Below the pieces are notes generated by a model, which saw nothing but the letters and a program-made list of their open reading frames with translations, searched no databases and was not told where the DNA came from. Shown in pieces: positions 1 to 8,196 of a DNA stretch of 64,000 nucleotides (within the stretch, counting starts at the first letter, position 1; each line of letters begins with the position of its first letter). The position numbers were made by a program, and so were the translations under genes. The stretch is taken from NCBI GenBank assembly GCA_963753085.1, contig CAVWBF010000020.1, positions 365-64,364 of the forward strand. The letters are read 5' to 3'. The DNA comes from an uncultured Spirochaetota bacterium (GTDB lineage: Bacteria > Spirochaetota > Spirochaetia > SZUA-6 > Fen-1364).

Positions 1-25
1 ACGCGAGCCCCGGCCGAAGCGTCGC

Positions 26-736
26 TAGTGATATGTTACAGAAATAGCTTTACAATAAGGGGATTTCGTGCTATCTCACCGGCTGGAGAACTTCAAGTTC
101 TCGAAGGACCAGAAGTTCGTGGAGAAGCTGCGGGACGTGGTGGGGCTGTACCTGGACCCTCCGGACAAAGCGTTGGTGCTGTCGGTGGATGAGAAGAGCC
201 AGATCCAGGCGTTGGACCGCACCGGCCGCTGCTGCCGCTGCGGCCGGGGATTCCGGCGCGACAGACGCACGACTACAAGCGGCATGGGACCACGACGTTG
301 TTCGCGGCGTTGAGCATGCTGGACGGGAAAGTGATCGGGGAGTGTCTGCCGCGACACCGGGCAAAGGAGTTCATTCGTTTCTGGGTCGGACACCGGGAGG
401 CCGCGGCGATCTGGACGCTGCACCTGATCGTGGACAACTCCAGCACCCACAAGAGCCCGGCGGTGAAGCGGTGGCTGGCGAAGCACAAGCGATTCCACCT
501 GCACTTCATCCCCACAAGCAGTTCGTGGCTGAACATGGTGGAGAGGTGTTTCGGCGAGATCAGCGCAGACGGATTCGCCGTGGATCGTTCAAAAGCGTCC
601 AGCAGTTGATCGCCGCGATCAAGGAGTACCTGGGAAAATAGAACCAGGCGCCCAAGAGATTCGTCTGGACCAAGGACGCCGACATGATCCTGGCCAAAAT
701 CGCCCGTTGTAAAGAAGCGTTAGGGACGGCACACTA
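26..736 (+). mobile_element. Internally deleted IS630-family element retaining both ends
   Basis: Left end CTAGTG-N17-CTTTACAA (25-55) mirrors right end TTGTAAAG-N17-CACTAG (707-737). TA dinucleotides at 26-27 and 735-736 fit the IS630 TA target. Transposase remnants lie inside. Confidence 0.85.
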
Positions 737-737
737 G
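68..737 (+). pseudogene. IS630 transposase remnant (DDE domain only; frameshifts and an in-frame stop)
   Basis: Motifs [58 protein letters not shown] and PKRFVWTK are spread over three frames. There is a TAG at 639-641, and the N-terminal HTH half is absent. Confidence 0.9.
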
Positions 738-910
738 CACGAAAACTGAGCCAAACCTGTCCAAGAGTAAAAGTCCTTTATATCTCGGGGTACACAGCAA
801 ATGCCATTTCGCGTGACGGCATCCTTGAAGCAAATACGGACTACCTGCAGAAGCCCTTCGGTTCTACTGAGCTGCTCACGAAAGTGAGGGAGGCATTGGA
901 CAGACCATAA
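738..910 (+). pseudogene. C-terminal fragment of a receiver (REC) domain, hybrid-kinase type
   Basis: Reads ARKLSQTCPRVKVLYISGYTANAISRDGILEANTDYLQKPFGSTELLTKVREALDRP*, with SGY and KPF receiver motifs. It starts right at the IS end and has no start codon. Confidence 0.75.
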
Positions 911-929
911 GGAAGGAGATGATAGGAAG

Positions 930-1360
930 CCGACCCGGAAACGGAGCCAATCTCGTGGTGGAGGGCAGCCGAAAGCTGTCGCTTCTCTTCCTCCCGAACC
1001 GACAAAAGCTCGCGAGAAAAGGCTTGGGCGCGATGTTCTGCCCGTTTCATCTTCGAGATGTCTATAATCAACGTGCATGTCTGCGATCCATCCACGGTCT
1101 TGAAAATGAACAAGAGAAAGAGCGCGGGAAAGCGCGTCCCGTCTGCCCGGACAAATGTCATCTTTTCCAGCGCCTCCTCCGTTCTTCCAAAAAGACGGCA
1201 GGCGGCGGGGCTGGCGACAAGCAAGCGCCCGTCGGATGTCCCGAAGAGCGTTGCGACCACGCCGCTCTCCCAAAGCTCGAAAAGCCTGATATTCTACAGC
1301 CCAATTGTACGCCCGAAATCGCAATCACTCAACGATGTCAGCGCCGTGGAACTCCCTTGC
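930..1360 (-). pseudogene. Degraded PAS / HisKA_3-type sensor kinase fragment
   Basis: ORF 841..1260 contains PAS-like GRLLVASPAACRLFG...FVRADGTRFP and REEEKRQLSAALHHEIG (NarX-type H-box), then loses similarity. No ATPase domain is present. Confidence 0.55.
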
Positions 1361-1456
1361 ATGGTCAGGTTTTTCTGATAGAATCCAGTTAAAGTCGGGA
1401 GAGATGTTCACCAGGAAGCTTGACAGCAGAAGCTCCCGCAGGAGGGGAGGCGCTCT

Positions 1457-1999
1457 ATGTTAGAGATACTAACTCGCTACTGGTGGGCTTTTATCGTACG
1501 AGGGATCCTTGCCATCGTGCTCGGTGTCGTGGCCTTCGTCTGGCCAGGGATCACGATCACTGCACTTATCATCGTCTTTGGCATCTACGCCTTTATCGAC
1601 GGAGTTTTCCTCCTGGTCAAAGCCATCGCAGGCTGGAAAGCTCGTGATGATCGATGGCTGCTGTTGTTCGAGGGGCTCCTGGGGATTGGTATAGGGGTCA
1701 TCACCTTCTTCGCGCCTGGGGTGACAGCGATCGTTCTTCTCTTTTACATCGCGGCATGGAGCCTCACAACTGGCATCCTGGAGATTGTCGGTGCTATCCG
1801 CCTTCGCAAGGAGATCAAGGGGGAGGTATGGTGGATTCTTTCCGGCATCGTCTCAATCCTGTTCGCCTTGCTCCTCATGATTTTCCCGGGCACGGGGATC
1901 CTGGGCCTAGTTTGGCTGTTGGGAGTCTACGCCATCGTGTTCGGCGTCCTCCTGATCGCGCTAGGAATCAGGATTCGCGCGCATCGTCCTGTGAAGTAG
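1457..1999 (+). CDS. HdeD/DUF308 family membrane protein
   Basis: 180-aa hydrophobic protein starting with WWAFIVRGILAIVLGVVAFVWPG, with about 6 TM segments and GGAGGGGAGG upstream. Confidence 0.85.
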   Translation: MLEILTRYWWAFIVRGILAIVLGVVAFVWPGITITALIIVFGIYAFIDGVFLLVKAIAGWKARDDRWLLLFEGLLGIGIGVITFFAPGVTAIVLLFYIAAWSLTTGILEIVGAIRLRKEIKGEVWWILSGIVSILFALLLMIFPGTGILGLVWLLGVYAIVFGVLLIALGIRIRAHRPVK

Positions 2000-2102
2000 C
2001 GCGACGTTCGCATCGAGAAGCCGGGAGCGGCAGTTTGCTGCTCCCGGCCTCATGAAGGCGCTCCCGAAATTGTTGCAAAAGAGACCCCTCTGATAGCAGA
2101 TT

Positions 2103-2459
2103 GTGCCTGTCATGCGGAGGAGCGGCCTTCTTATTCCTGTTTTCTTTCTCTTGACGCCGGCGATCCACGCTCAGTCTCTCGTTGGCACCTCGGAATCCAA
2201 TCACCCCCTGCTGAGAATGGTGCATTTCACAATAACTTTTGGCTCCGACATGACGTATAAGATCGACTGCACTCTGGGTCACACGACGGGAACCTACACT
2301 GTCACTGAAAACATTATCCATTTTCGTCCCACGAAGAGCACCATCAGCGCCGGAAGTGCCGGCAGCATACAAGTTTATCCGTATGCCTTTACGAGCGAGA
2401 ATACGTTTTACATGGATGAAAACGGAACCAGAGTGGACCTGTCCCGACTCAAGACATGA
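2103..2459 (+). CDS. Hypothetical exported protein
   Basis: 118 aa with a signal-peptide-like N-terminus (RRSGLLIPVFFLLTPAIHA) and a beta-rich mature part. The start is uncertain. Confidence 0.55.
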   Translation: MPVMRRSGLLIPVFFLLTPAIHAQSLVGTSESNHPLLRMVHFTITFGSDMTYKIDCTLGHTTGTYTVTENIIHFRPTKSTISAGSAGSIQVYPYAFTSENTFYMDENGTRVDLSRLKT

Positions 2460-2586
2460 TCCTCAGCGCGTCGTCTCACCAAGCCACGAAGCCTGATTGG
2501 ATCTGATTATCAGGAGGGGTCGATCCGCGCTCACTCCCCTGACGCAAAAGACCGCCTTGAAAGGAATCGTGTCAAAGAACCGGTGA

Positions 2587-3528
2587 TTACCTGTTCACCC
2601 TGTCGAGCAGATCTCGTACCGCTTGCACCACAGTATCTGGACAGTCCGTATGGATGGTAGTGTGTCCGGCGTTTTCGACCTCACGGTATTCCCCACGTGA
2701 AACCGATTCGGCAAGTGCCGTGTAGACGACACGCTTGCCGTCGTTCATCTTGCGCAGGTACGACTCTGAGATCATCAGCTCCATGGACGGATCGATACCT
2801 AAAGCAGTGAGAACAATCAAGGGCACGTCGGGCATGTTCCCGCCATTGCGGAGTTCATTTAAGAGTCCGCTTCTCTGCTCGTCCGTTCTTTCTGACAGTG
2901 GCCATTCCTGAAAGGTCTTCCTCAAGTTCCCGAGGTGATATTCGATGAGTGGTTCACGGATCGATTCAGGCCACTGGGCGAACATCCGTTGAAACAGGCC
3001 GCGAAAAACCCTTCTGTAATGCAGGGATAGGCGAAGAGTAGAGACGACTCCCCGAAGCTTTTCAGGCGTTGTTTGCTTCGGCATGTGGGCGTTGAAATTC
3101 TCGACAGTGGGCTCCAGTAGCAAAAGGCCAGCCACCTCGTCCGGAAATCGCTGTGCATACCGACGTGCGTAAGCCCCGCCTAGAGAGTGGCCAACGAGCA
3201 GATACGGAGCTGGCACTTCGGCGACGTGCAGAAGGCTTCGAAGCTCATCGGTGACCTCGGCGGCACTGCGAGGCAGTACGACCTGATCGCTCCAGCCCGT
3301 TCCCGCACGGTCGTAAAGCACGGACGTTGTCAACCGGGAGACCTGATTGTGGATGTTTAAGAAATCCAAGCCGATCATGCCACCTCCGGGTGCGAATACC
3401 ACGGCAGGGCTCCCGGAGCCAGAGTGGTGGAGCAGCAAGCGCCGTCCCCCGACGTCATAAAGACGTCCGACCGGCGGTGTGCCAATGACGGACCTCTCGC
3501 CTCGGCGCGCGCTGACTTGACGATTCAT
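2587..3528 (-). CDS. Alpha/beta-fold hydrolase
   Basis: Motifs YDRAGTGWS, nucleophile LVGHSLGG and C-terminal AGHTTIH. The start is placed at ATG 3528, behind AGGAGG. Confidence 0.85.
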   Translation of the reverse strand: MNRQVSARRGERSVIGTPPVGRLYDVGGRRLLLHHSGSGSPAVVFAPGGGMIGLDFLNIHNQVSRLTTSVLYDRAGTGWSDQVVLPRSAAEVTDELRSLLHVAEVPAPYLLVGHSLGGAYARRYAQRFPDEVAGLLLLEPTVENFNAHMPKQTTPEKLRGVVSTLRLSLHYRRVFRGLFQRMFAQWPESIREPLIEYHLGNLRKTFQEWPLSERTDEQRSGLLNELRNGGNMPDVPLIVLTALGIDPSMELMISESYLRKMNDGKRVVYTALAESVSRGEYREVENAGHTTIHTDCPDTVVQAVRDLLDRVNR

Positions 3529-3541
3529 TCGAAACCTCCTC

Positions 3542-3603
3542 ATATTGACCAGCAGTCGGTCATTAGCATTACCATACATTATTGACCGCCGGTCGGTCAA
3601 TAA
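3542..3603. promoter_or_regulatory. Two TetR-type palindromic operators in the divergent intergenic region
   Basis: Perfect TTATTGACCG-ccggt-CGGTCAATAA (3579-3603) and imperfect ATATTGACCAGCAGTCGGTCATTA (3542-3565) lie between the hydrolase and TetR. Confidence 0.75.
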
Positions 3604-3617
3604 AAAGGAAAGAAGAG

Positions 3618-4322
3618 ATGGGTAGGATTGTCAAAAAACCTGAGATACGCAAGGCGGAGCTGGTCAGAACGGCTCGTGTCCTTTTTGAGACTCGTGGTTA
3701 TGACAAGACCACCATGCAGGATGTGATGGACAACCTTGGGATCGCAAAGGGGACCATATACCACTACTTCAAATCCAAAGACGAGCTGCTTGTTGCCGTG
3801 ATCGAGAGTATCGTCGATGAAGGAGTGGAACAAATGGAAAGAATGATCGACCAATCGAGTGGAAATGCTCTTGAGAAGATCCGTATGCTTGTCGCCGCTG
3901 GCAATAAAGTTGAGCGCAACAGAGAGATGATAGAACAGATGTATCGCCCTGGCAGTCTAGGAATGTATACCCGGATTATCATCGGAACTTTGTATAAGCA
4001 AGCACGCCTATTTGCGAGATTAGTCCAACAAGGATGCGCGGAAGGCACGTTCAAGACGGACGCCCCTTTGGAGACAACCGAATTTGTTCTCACGGCAATC
4101 CAATTCCTAATGGATAAGGCGTTTTACCCTTGGGAAGAGAAGGAGCTACTGAGAAGAGCAAAAGTCTTCCCCAGCTTGGTTGAGGCGCTGCTTGAAGCGC
4201 AGCCTGGTACTTTTCGCTTCCTGTTCCCACAGATTTCGGCTGCATGGATAGACAATCGCAACGCACGCGCGGTTGATCTGGAACAAGAGTCTTCAAAGAA
4301 ACGAAACGATCCTTCGCACTAA
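3618..4322 (+). CDS. TetR/AcrR family transcriptional regulator
   Basis: HTH GYDKTTMQDVMDNLGIAKGTIYHYFKSKDELL; AAGGAAAGAAGAG precedes ATG 3618. Confidence 0.92.
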   Translation: MGRIVKKPEIRKAELVRTARVLFETRGYDKTTMQDVMDNLGIAKGTIYHYFKSKDELLVAVIESIVDEGVEQMERMIDQSSGNALEKIRMLVAAGNKVERNREMIEQMYRPGSLGMYTRIIIGTLYKQARLFARLVQQGCAEGTFKTDAPLETTEFVLTAIQFLMDKAFYPWEEKELLRRAKVFPSLVEALLEAQPGTFRFLFPQISAAWIDNRNARAVDLEQESSKKRNDPSH

Positions 4323-4323
4323 T

Positions 4324-4440
4324 AGAGTCTCTCGACAATCGCGGGATTGAGCCCGACGACCTGATGAAGCAATTCAAGGTTGTTTCCAGCCAGGAAATGG
4401 CCGGTTTTGTTGCGAGTTGCCCGAGAGTGCTTCTCTTCCA
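4324..4440 (+). pseudogene. C-terminal stub resembling DsrF/TusC
   Basis: Reads ESLDNRGIEPDDLMKQFKVVSSQEMAGFVASCPRVLLF with no start codon, directly upstream of a DsrH-like gene. Confidence 0.45.
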
Positions 4441-4454
4441 GAAGGAGATCCAGC

Positions 4455-4778
4455 GTGAAACCGATTCTCATGATTATCTCGAGCTCTCCTGACACGCCGG
4501 AAGCCCAGCAGGCACTGGAGTTGGCGCAAAGCTTGTTGGAGGCAGGAAACGAGTTGGGCATCTTCTACCTTCAGGATGGCGTGTACCACGCCGTGGATCC
4601 GCGCGGCTCTCGCGAGATTCTCTCAAACAGGAAGGTCGTCGATTATTGCTTGCGGGAGGATCTGGAAATGAGAGGGTTCACGACGGAGGACGTGGCTCAT
4701 CCCGTCACGCTGTCGGACTATGACGGTCTTGTGGACCTCATGATGGAGAGATCCGGGCAGACCCTTGGAGCTTTCTAA
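4455..4778 (+). CDS. DsrH/TusB-like (DsrE superfamily) sulfur-relay protein
   Basis: GTG start after AAGGAG; motifs FYLQDGVYHA and YCLREDLEMRG. Confidence 0.7.
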   Translation: MKPILMIISSSPDTPEAQQALELAQSLLEAGNELGIFYLQDGVYHAVDPRGSREILSNRKVVDYCLREDLEMRGFTTEDVAHPVTLSDYDGLVDLMMERSGQTLGAF

Positions 4779-4795
4779 GGGTCCTCGCGGAATCC

Positions 4796-5767
4796 TCAGC
4801 GCTGGAAAAGCTTCGACCTGGCCCAGGCCGTGGACGCGATCGGGTCCCCCGAGGCGATGACGGCGCGTAACTGGTCCATGGAGCCGTCGAGCATGGTCTC
4901 GAGCCCGCGCAGGAACTCGACGCTCGAGCGGATGGCGGCCTGTCCGTCCTCGCGGTACGGGTATTGGTCCATGGAGTACCAGCCGTCGTAGCCAACCTCC
5001 CGCAGCCAGAAGAGCAACTCGAGGAACTCCACGAAGTGCACCGAGCCCACGATCATGTCGTCGTCCCACGAACGGTAATTGTCATTGAAGTGCAAGTGGA
5101 AGAGCTTGCGGCCGTAGTCCGACAGGATGACGGCTGCCTCGGCAATGTTCTCGCCCCCGGCGAGTGAGTGGCCCGTGTCGATGGTGACCCCCACGTTGGG
5201 GAGGTCCGTCTCCCTCGCTACGAGGAGGGTGTCTGCGGCACGCGCCCACGTGGAGTGCGTGCGGGGCTCCTTCGACTTGTACTCGAGGGAGAAGCGGATG
5301 TCGGGATAGGCCTTCGCCGCCGTCTTCACCGCCTCGATGGTCCAGCGGCGCTCCGCGCGGTAGTCGGACTGGAAAACATAGTCGTAGCCATCCTGGCCTG
5401 GCCAGAGGTTGACGAGGGGGCATTTCAGCTTCCGGGCAAGCTCGGCGGCGGCCAAGGTCTCCTCGAGCGCCTGGGCGCGGATCGTGGGGTCCTTCGAGAC
5501 GAAGGCGCCTCTGCCCCAGCGCTTCTGCGAGAAGTGGTCGGGGATGATCGAGACGCACTGGAGCCCGTGCTTGGCGAGGAGCCCGCCGATCTCGTCGACG
5601 TTCTCGCGCGTCACGTCCCAGGTGCCGACCAGCTCGACGCCCTTCACGCCTTCGATGGCCGCGGCCTGCCGGATCATCTCCGCCTTGGGGAGCTGTTCCT
5701 TGTAGCCCGAGGACAGGAACCTGTCGCAGGTGTTGCCCAGGTTGCCGAGGATGACGGAATACTTCAT
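4796..5767 (-). CDS. Xylose-isomerase-like TIM-barrel sugar isomerase/epimerase
   Basis: Motifs NLWPGQDGYDY, LEYKSKEPR, IDTGH and HFNDNYRSWDDDM give a xylose/rhamnose-isomerase-type metal-ligand pattern. Confidence 0.85.
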   Translation of the reverse strand: MKYSVILGNLGNTCDRFLSSGYKEQLPKAEMIRQAAAIEGVKGVELVGTWDVTRENVDEIGGLLAKHGLQCVSIIPDHFSQKRWGRGAFVSKDPTIRAQALEETLAAAELARKLKCPLVNLWPGQDGYDYVFQSDYRAERRWTIEAVKTAAKAYPDIRFSLEYKSKEPRTHSTWARAADTLLVARETDLPNVGVTIDTGHSLAGGENIAEAAVILSDYGRKLFHLHFNDNYRSWDDDMIVGSVHFVEFLELLFWLREVGYDGWYSMDQYPYREDGQAAIRSSVEFLRGLETMLDGSMDQLRAVIASGDPIASTAWARSKLFQR

Positions 5768-5783
5768 TGACGCTGCCTCCTGT

Positions 5784-6806
5784 TCACGCTGGATCGCCGA
5801 TCCTCCTCACACTGCGCCGTTCTACGAGCTTGCCGCCGATGAGCACCTTCACCGAGGGCATGCTGGCGTCGCACCGAAGGCGCGTGACGAGGAGCTGGAC
5901 GGCCATCCGGCCGATCTGGGCCTTCGAGACCTGCACTGTGGTGAGCGGCGGGTCGACGACCGCCGAGAGGGGGAGGTTATCGAAGCCGACTATGGACAGG
6001 TCATCGGGGACCCTGATCCTGGTGTCTGAGCAAGCCTTCAGGCAGCCGCTCGCAATGATGTCGTTGCCGCAGACGAGGGCCGTCGGGAGCCGCAGCCCCC
6101 CGCCGGCGAGGATGGCCTTCATGTCGTGGCAAGCACCGTGATAGGTCTGGTCCACGGAGAAGACGAAGGCCCGATCCACGTCGAGGCCGAGCCTGCCAAG
6201 CCCCGCGTAGAATCCCTCCTCGCGCAGGTGGATGTTTCGCGTCTCGACGGCCGCGCGGACGAAGCCGATCTTGCGGTGGCCCATGGCGTGGAGGTGGGAC
6301 AGGATGAGGAAGACGGAGTCCTCGTTGTTCATGTCGACGAAGTCGAAGTCCAGGAACTCGTGGTAGGTGTCGAGGAAGACGAGGGGCTTGCGCAGCCGGT
6401 GGAAGCACTCGACCTCCTCGCGGCTCAGCTCGGTCCCGAGGACGACGAAGCCGTCCGAGGCCTTGCCAAGGGCGACGTCGAGAACCTGTTCCATCGGCGC
6501 CGGCGTGAAGGTGACGATCTCCAGAGCATAGCCCACCTGCTTCGCCTCGTGGCTGAGCCCCTCTATGTAGTCCGCGATGAAAACGTCATGATCGCGATTG
6601 ACCGTGTGGCCATGTCGAGCGATGTGGAGGAGGCAGAGCGAGCCGGCCCTGGCGCCCTTCGGGGCCGCATACCCGAGATCCTTCGCCGTGCGCAGAATCC
6701 GCTCGCGCAGCTTTTCCCCGGCGCCCGGCTTGTTGTTGAGGACGAGCGACACCGTGGTCGGCGAGACGCCGACGGCCACGGCGATGTCCTTCACACGAAC
6801 GCTCAT
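5784..6806 (-). CDS. LacI family regulator
   Basis: HTH MSVRVKDIAVAVGVSPTTVSLVLN and C-terminal VPDDLSIVGFDN...PPLTTV. Confidence 0.92.
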   Translation of the reverse strand: MSVRVKDIAVAVGVSPTTVSLVLNNKPGAGEKLRERILRTAKDLGYAAPKGARAGSLCLLHIARHGHTVNRDHDVFIADYIEGLSHEAKQVGYALEIVTFTPAPMEQVLDVALGKASDGFVVLGTELSREEVECFHRLRKPLVFLDTYHEFLDFDFVDMNNEDSVFLILSHLHAMGHRKIGFVRAAVETRNIHLREEGFYAGLGRLGLDVDRAFVFSVDQTYHGACHDMKAILAGGGLRLPTALVCGNDIIASGCLKACSDTRIRVPDDLSIVGFDNLPLSAVVDPPLTTVQVSKAQIGRMAVQLLVTRLRCDASMPSVKVLIGGKLVERRSVRRIGDPA

Positions 6807-6839
6807 CCCATTACCGACCTTTCTTTGCGTATAGCGCAC

Positions 6840-6968
6840 AGAGTAGGGTCGAAAAGGCTATTTGTCAAGAAAAACTGAATGTTTAGTAAATGTCTCCGCG
6901 CTTCAAGACCTTTTTCTGCTTATGCATTACTAAATTCAGCTTGACAGGATGGATACCAATGATAGACT
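6840..6968. promoter_or_regulatory. Divergent sigma70-like promoters with a candidate inverted operator pair
   Basis: Plus strand: TTGACA(6941)-N16-TAGACT. Minus strand: TTGACA(6868-6863)-N17-TACTCT. Inverted elements CTGAATGTTTAGTAAATG and CATTACTAAATTCAG lie between them. Confidence 0.55.
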
Positions 6969-7002
6969 TCTCCCATCTTTGATTCAAAGGAGGAGGACAA
7001 AG

Positions 7003-8037
7003 ATGAAACGAACACTGCTTATCGTCGTATCGCTCGCGCTCGTCTTCATGCTCGCCGTGCCGCTCTTTGCTCAGAACTATGATCCCATGAAGTTCAAGTC
7101 TTCCAAGCCGCAATCGGCCTGGAAGATCGCCCTTGTGCCCAAGGACGCCACGAACGCCTGGTTCGTCCGGATGGAGGTCGGCGTCAAGCAGTTCGCCAAG
7201 GACACCGGCATCAACACCTTCCAGAAGGGCCCCGCCAAGACCGACGCTGCCATGCAGGCCCAGGTCATCGAGGACCTCATCGCGCAGGGCGTGGACGCCA
7301 TCTGCGTCGTGCCGGTCGATCCCTCGGCCCTTGAGCCCGTCCTCGGCGAGGCGCTGTCGAAGGGCATCGTGGTCATCGACCACGAGGGCGCTACCCAGCA
7401 GAACTGCCTCTACGACATCGAGGCCTTCTCCAATGAGGGCCTGGGCCAGACGATCATGCAGGAGCTGGCCAAGATGATGGGGAGCAAGGGTGTCTACACG
7501 ACGATGGTCGGCAACGTCACCAACGCCTCCCACAACGAGTGGGCCGACGCCGGCGTCGCCTACCAGAAGGCGCACTACCCCAACATGACCCTCCTCGCCG
7601 CCGAGCCCAGGGTCGAGATCATGGACAACCTCGACACCGCCTATCAGCGGGCCAAGGAGCTGTTCAAGAAGTATCCCAACCTCAAGGGCATCCTCGGTAC
7701 CTCGTCGCTCTCGGTACCGGGCACAGCACGTGCCATCGAAGAGCTCGGCCTGAAGGGCAAGGCTTTCGTGACCGCCGTAGGCCTGCCCAACGAGTGTGCG
7801 CCCTTTATCAAGGACGGGACCGTCGACGGCGTTCTCCTTTGGGATCCGAGGGACGCCGGTTACGCGCAGCTCGCCATGGCTGTCGCCGTCCTCAAGGGAG
7901 AGAAGGTCGCCAACGGCCTCAACCTGAAGGCTCCGGGCTGGACCAAAATGAAGTTCGCCCCCGGCTCCACCAAGATTCTCCAGGGCCAGGGGTGGATCAC
8001 GATCAACAAGAAGAACGTTGACACATTCGGGTTCTAA
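7003..8037 (+). CDS. Sugar ABC transporter substrate-binding protein (LsrB/RhaS-like, CUT2)
   Basis: Signal peptide, IALVPK...WFVRMEVG, QAQVIEDLIAQGVDAICVVPVD and LWDPRDAGY; AGGAGGAGG RBS. Confidence 0.88.
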   Translation: MKRTLLIVVSLALVFMLAVPLFAQNYDPMKFKSSKPQSAWKIALVPKDATNAWFVRMEVGVKQFAKDTGINTFQKGPAKTDAAMQAQVIEDLIAQGVDAICVVPVDPSALEPVLGEALSKGIVVIDHEGATQQNCLYDIEAFSNEGLGQTIMQELAKMMGSKGVYTTMVGNVTNASHNEWADAGVAYQKAHYPNMTLLAAEPRVEIMDNLDTAYQRAKELFKKYPNLKGILGTSSLSVPGTARAIEELGLKGKAFVTAVGLPNECAPFIKDGTVDGVLLWDPRDAGYAQLAMAVAVLKGEKVANGLNLKAPGWTKMKFAPGSTKILQGQGWITINKKNVDTFGF

Positions 8038-8058
8038 GTCTCCTGTCGTCACATCAGT

Positions 8059-8095
8059 GCGCGGGCGGGGCGTGATGCTCCCGCCCGCGCTTTTT
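8059..8095 (+). terminator. Stem-loop with U-tract after the binding-protein gene
   Basis: GCGCGGGCGGG...CCCGCCCGCGC followed by TTTTT. Confidence 0.7.
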
Positions 8096-8196
8096 CTAAG
8101 GAATGCCACGCAGAGCGTGGCCGCGAATGCCACGCAAACTCCGCGGGGTACCGCGGAAGGCGTGGCCGCCATGTCCGGCAGTCGGGGAGGCTCCAG

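Noticed and set aside
230-650. Programmed frameshifting in the IS630 transposase
   Set aside because: There are several frame changes, an in-frame stop and a missing N-half, which indicates decay rather than a single programmed shift.
2020-2048. Hairpin after the hdeD-like gene as an intrinsic terminator
   Set aside because: The stem is good but there is no U-tract on the sense strand, so the function is unclear.
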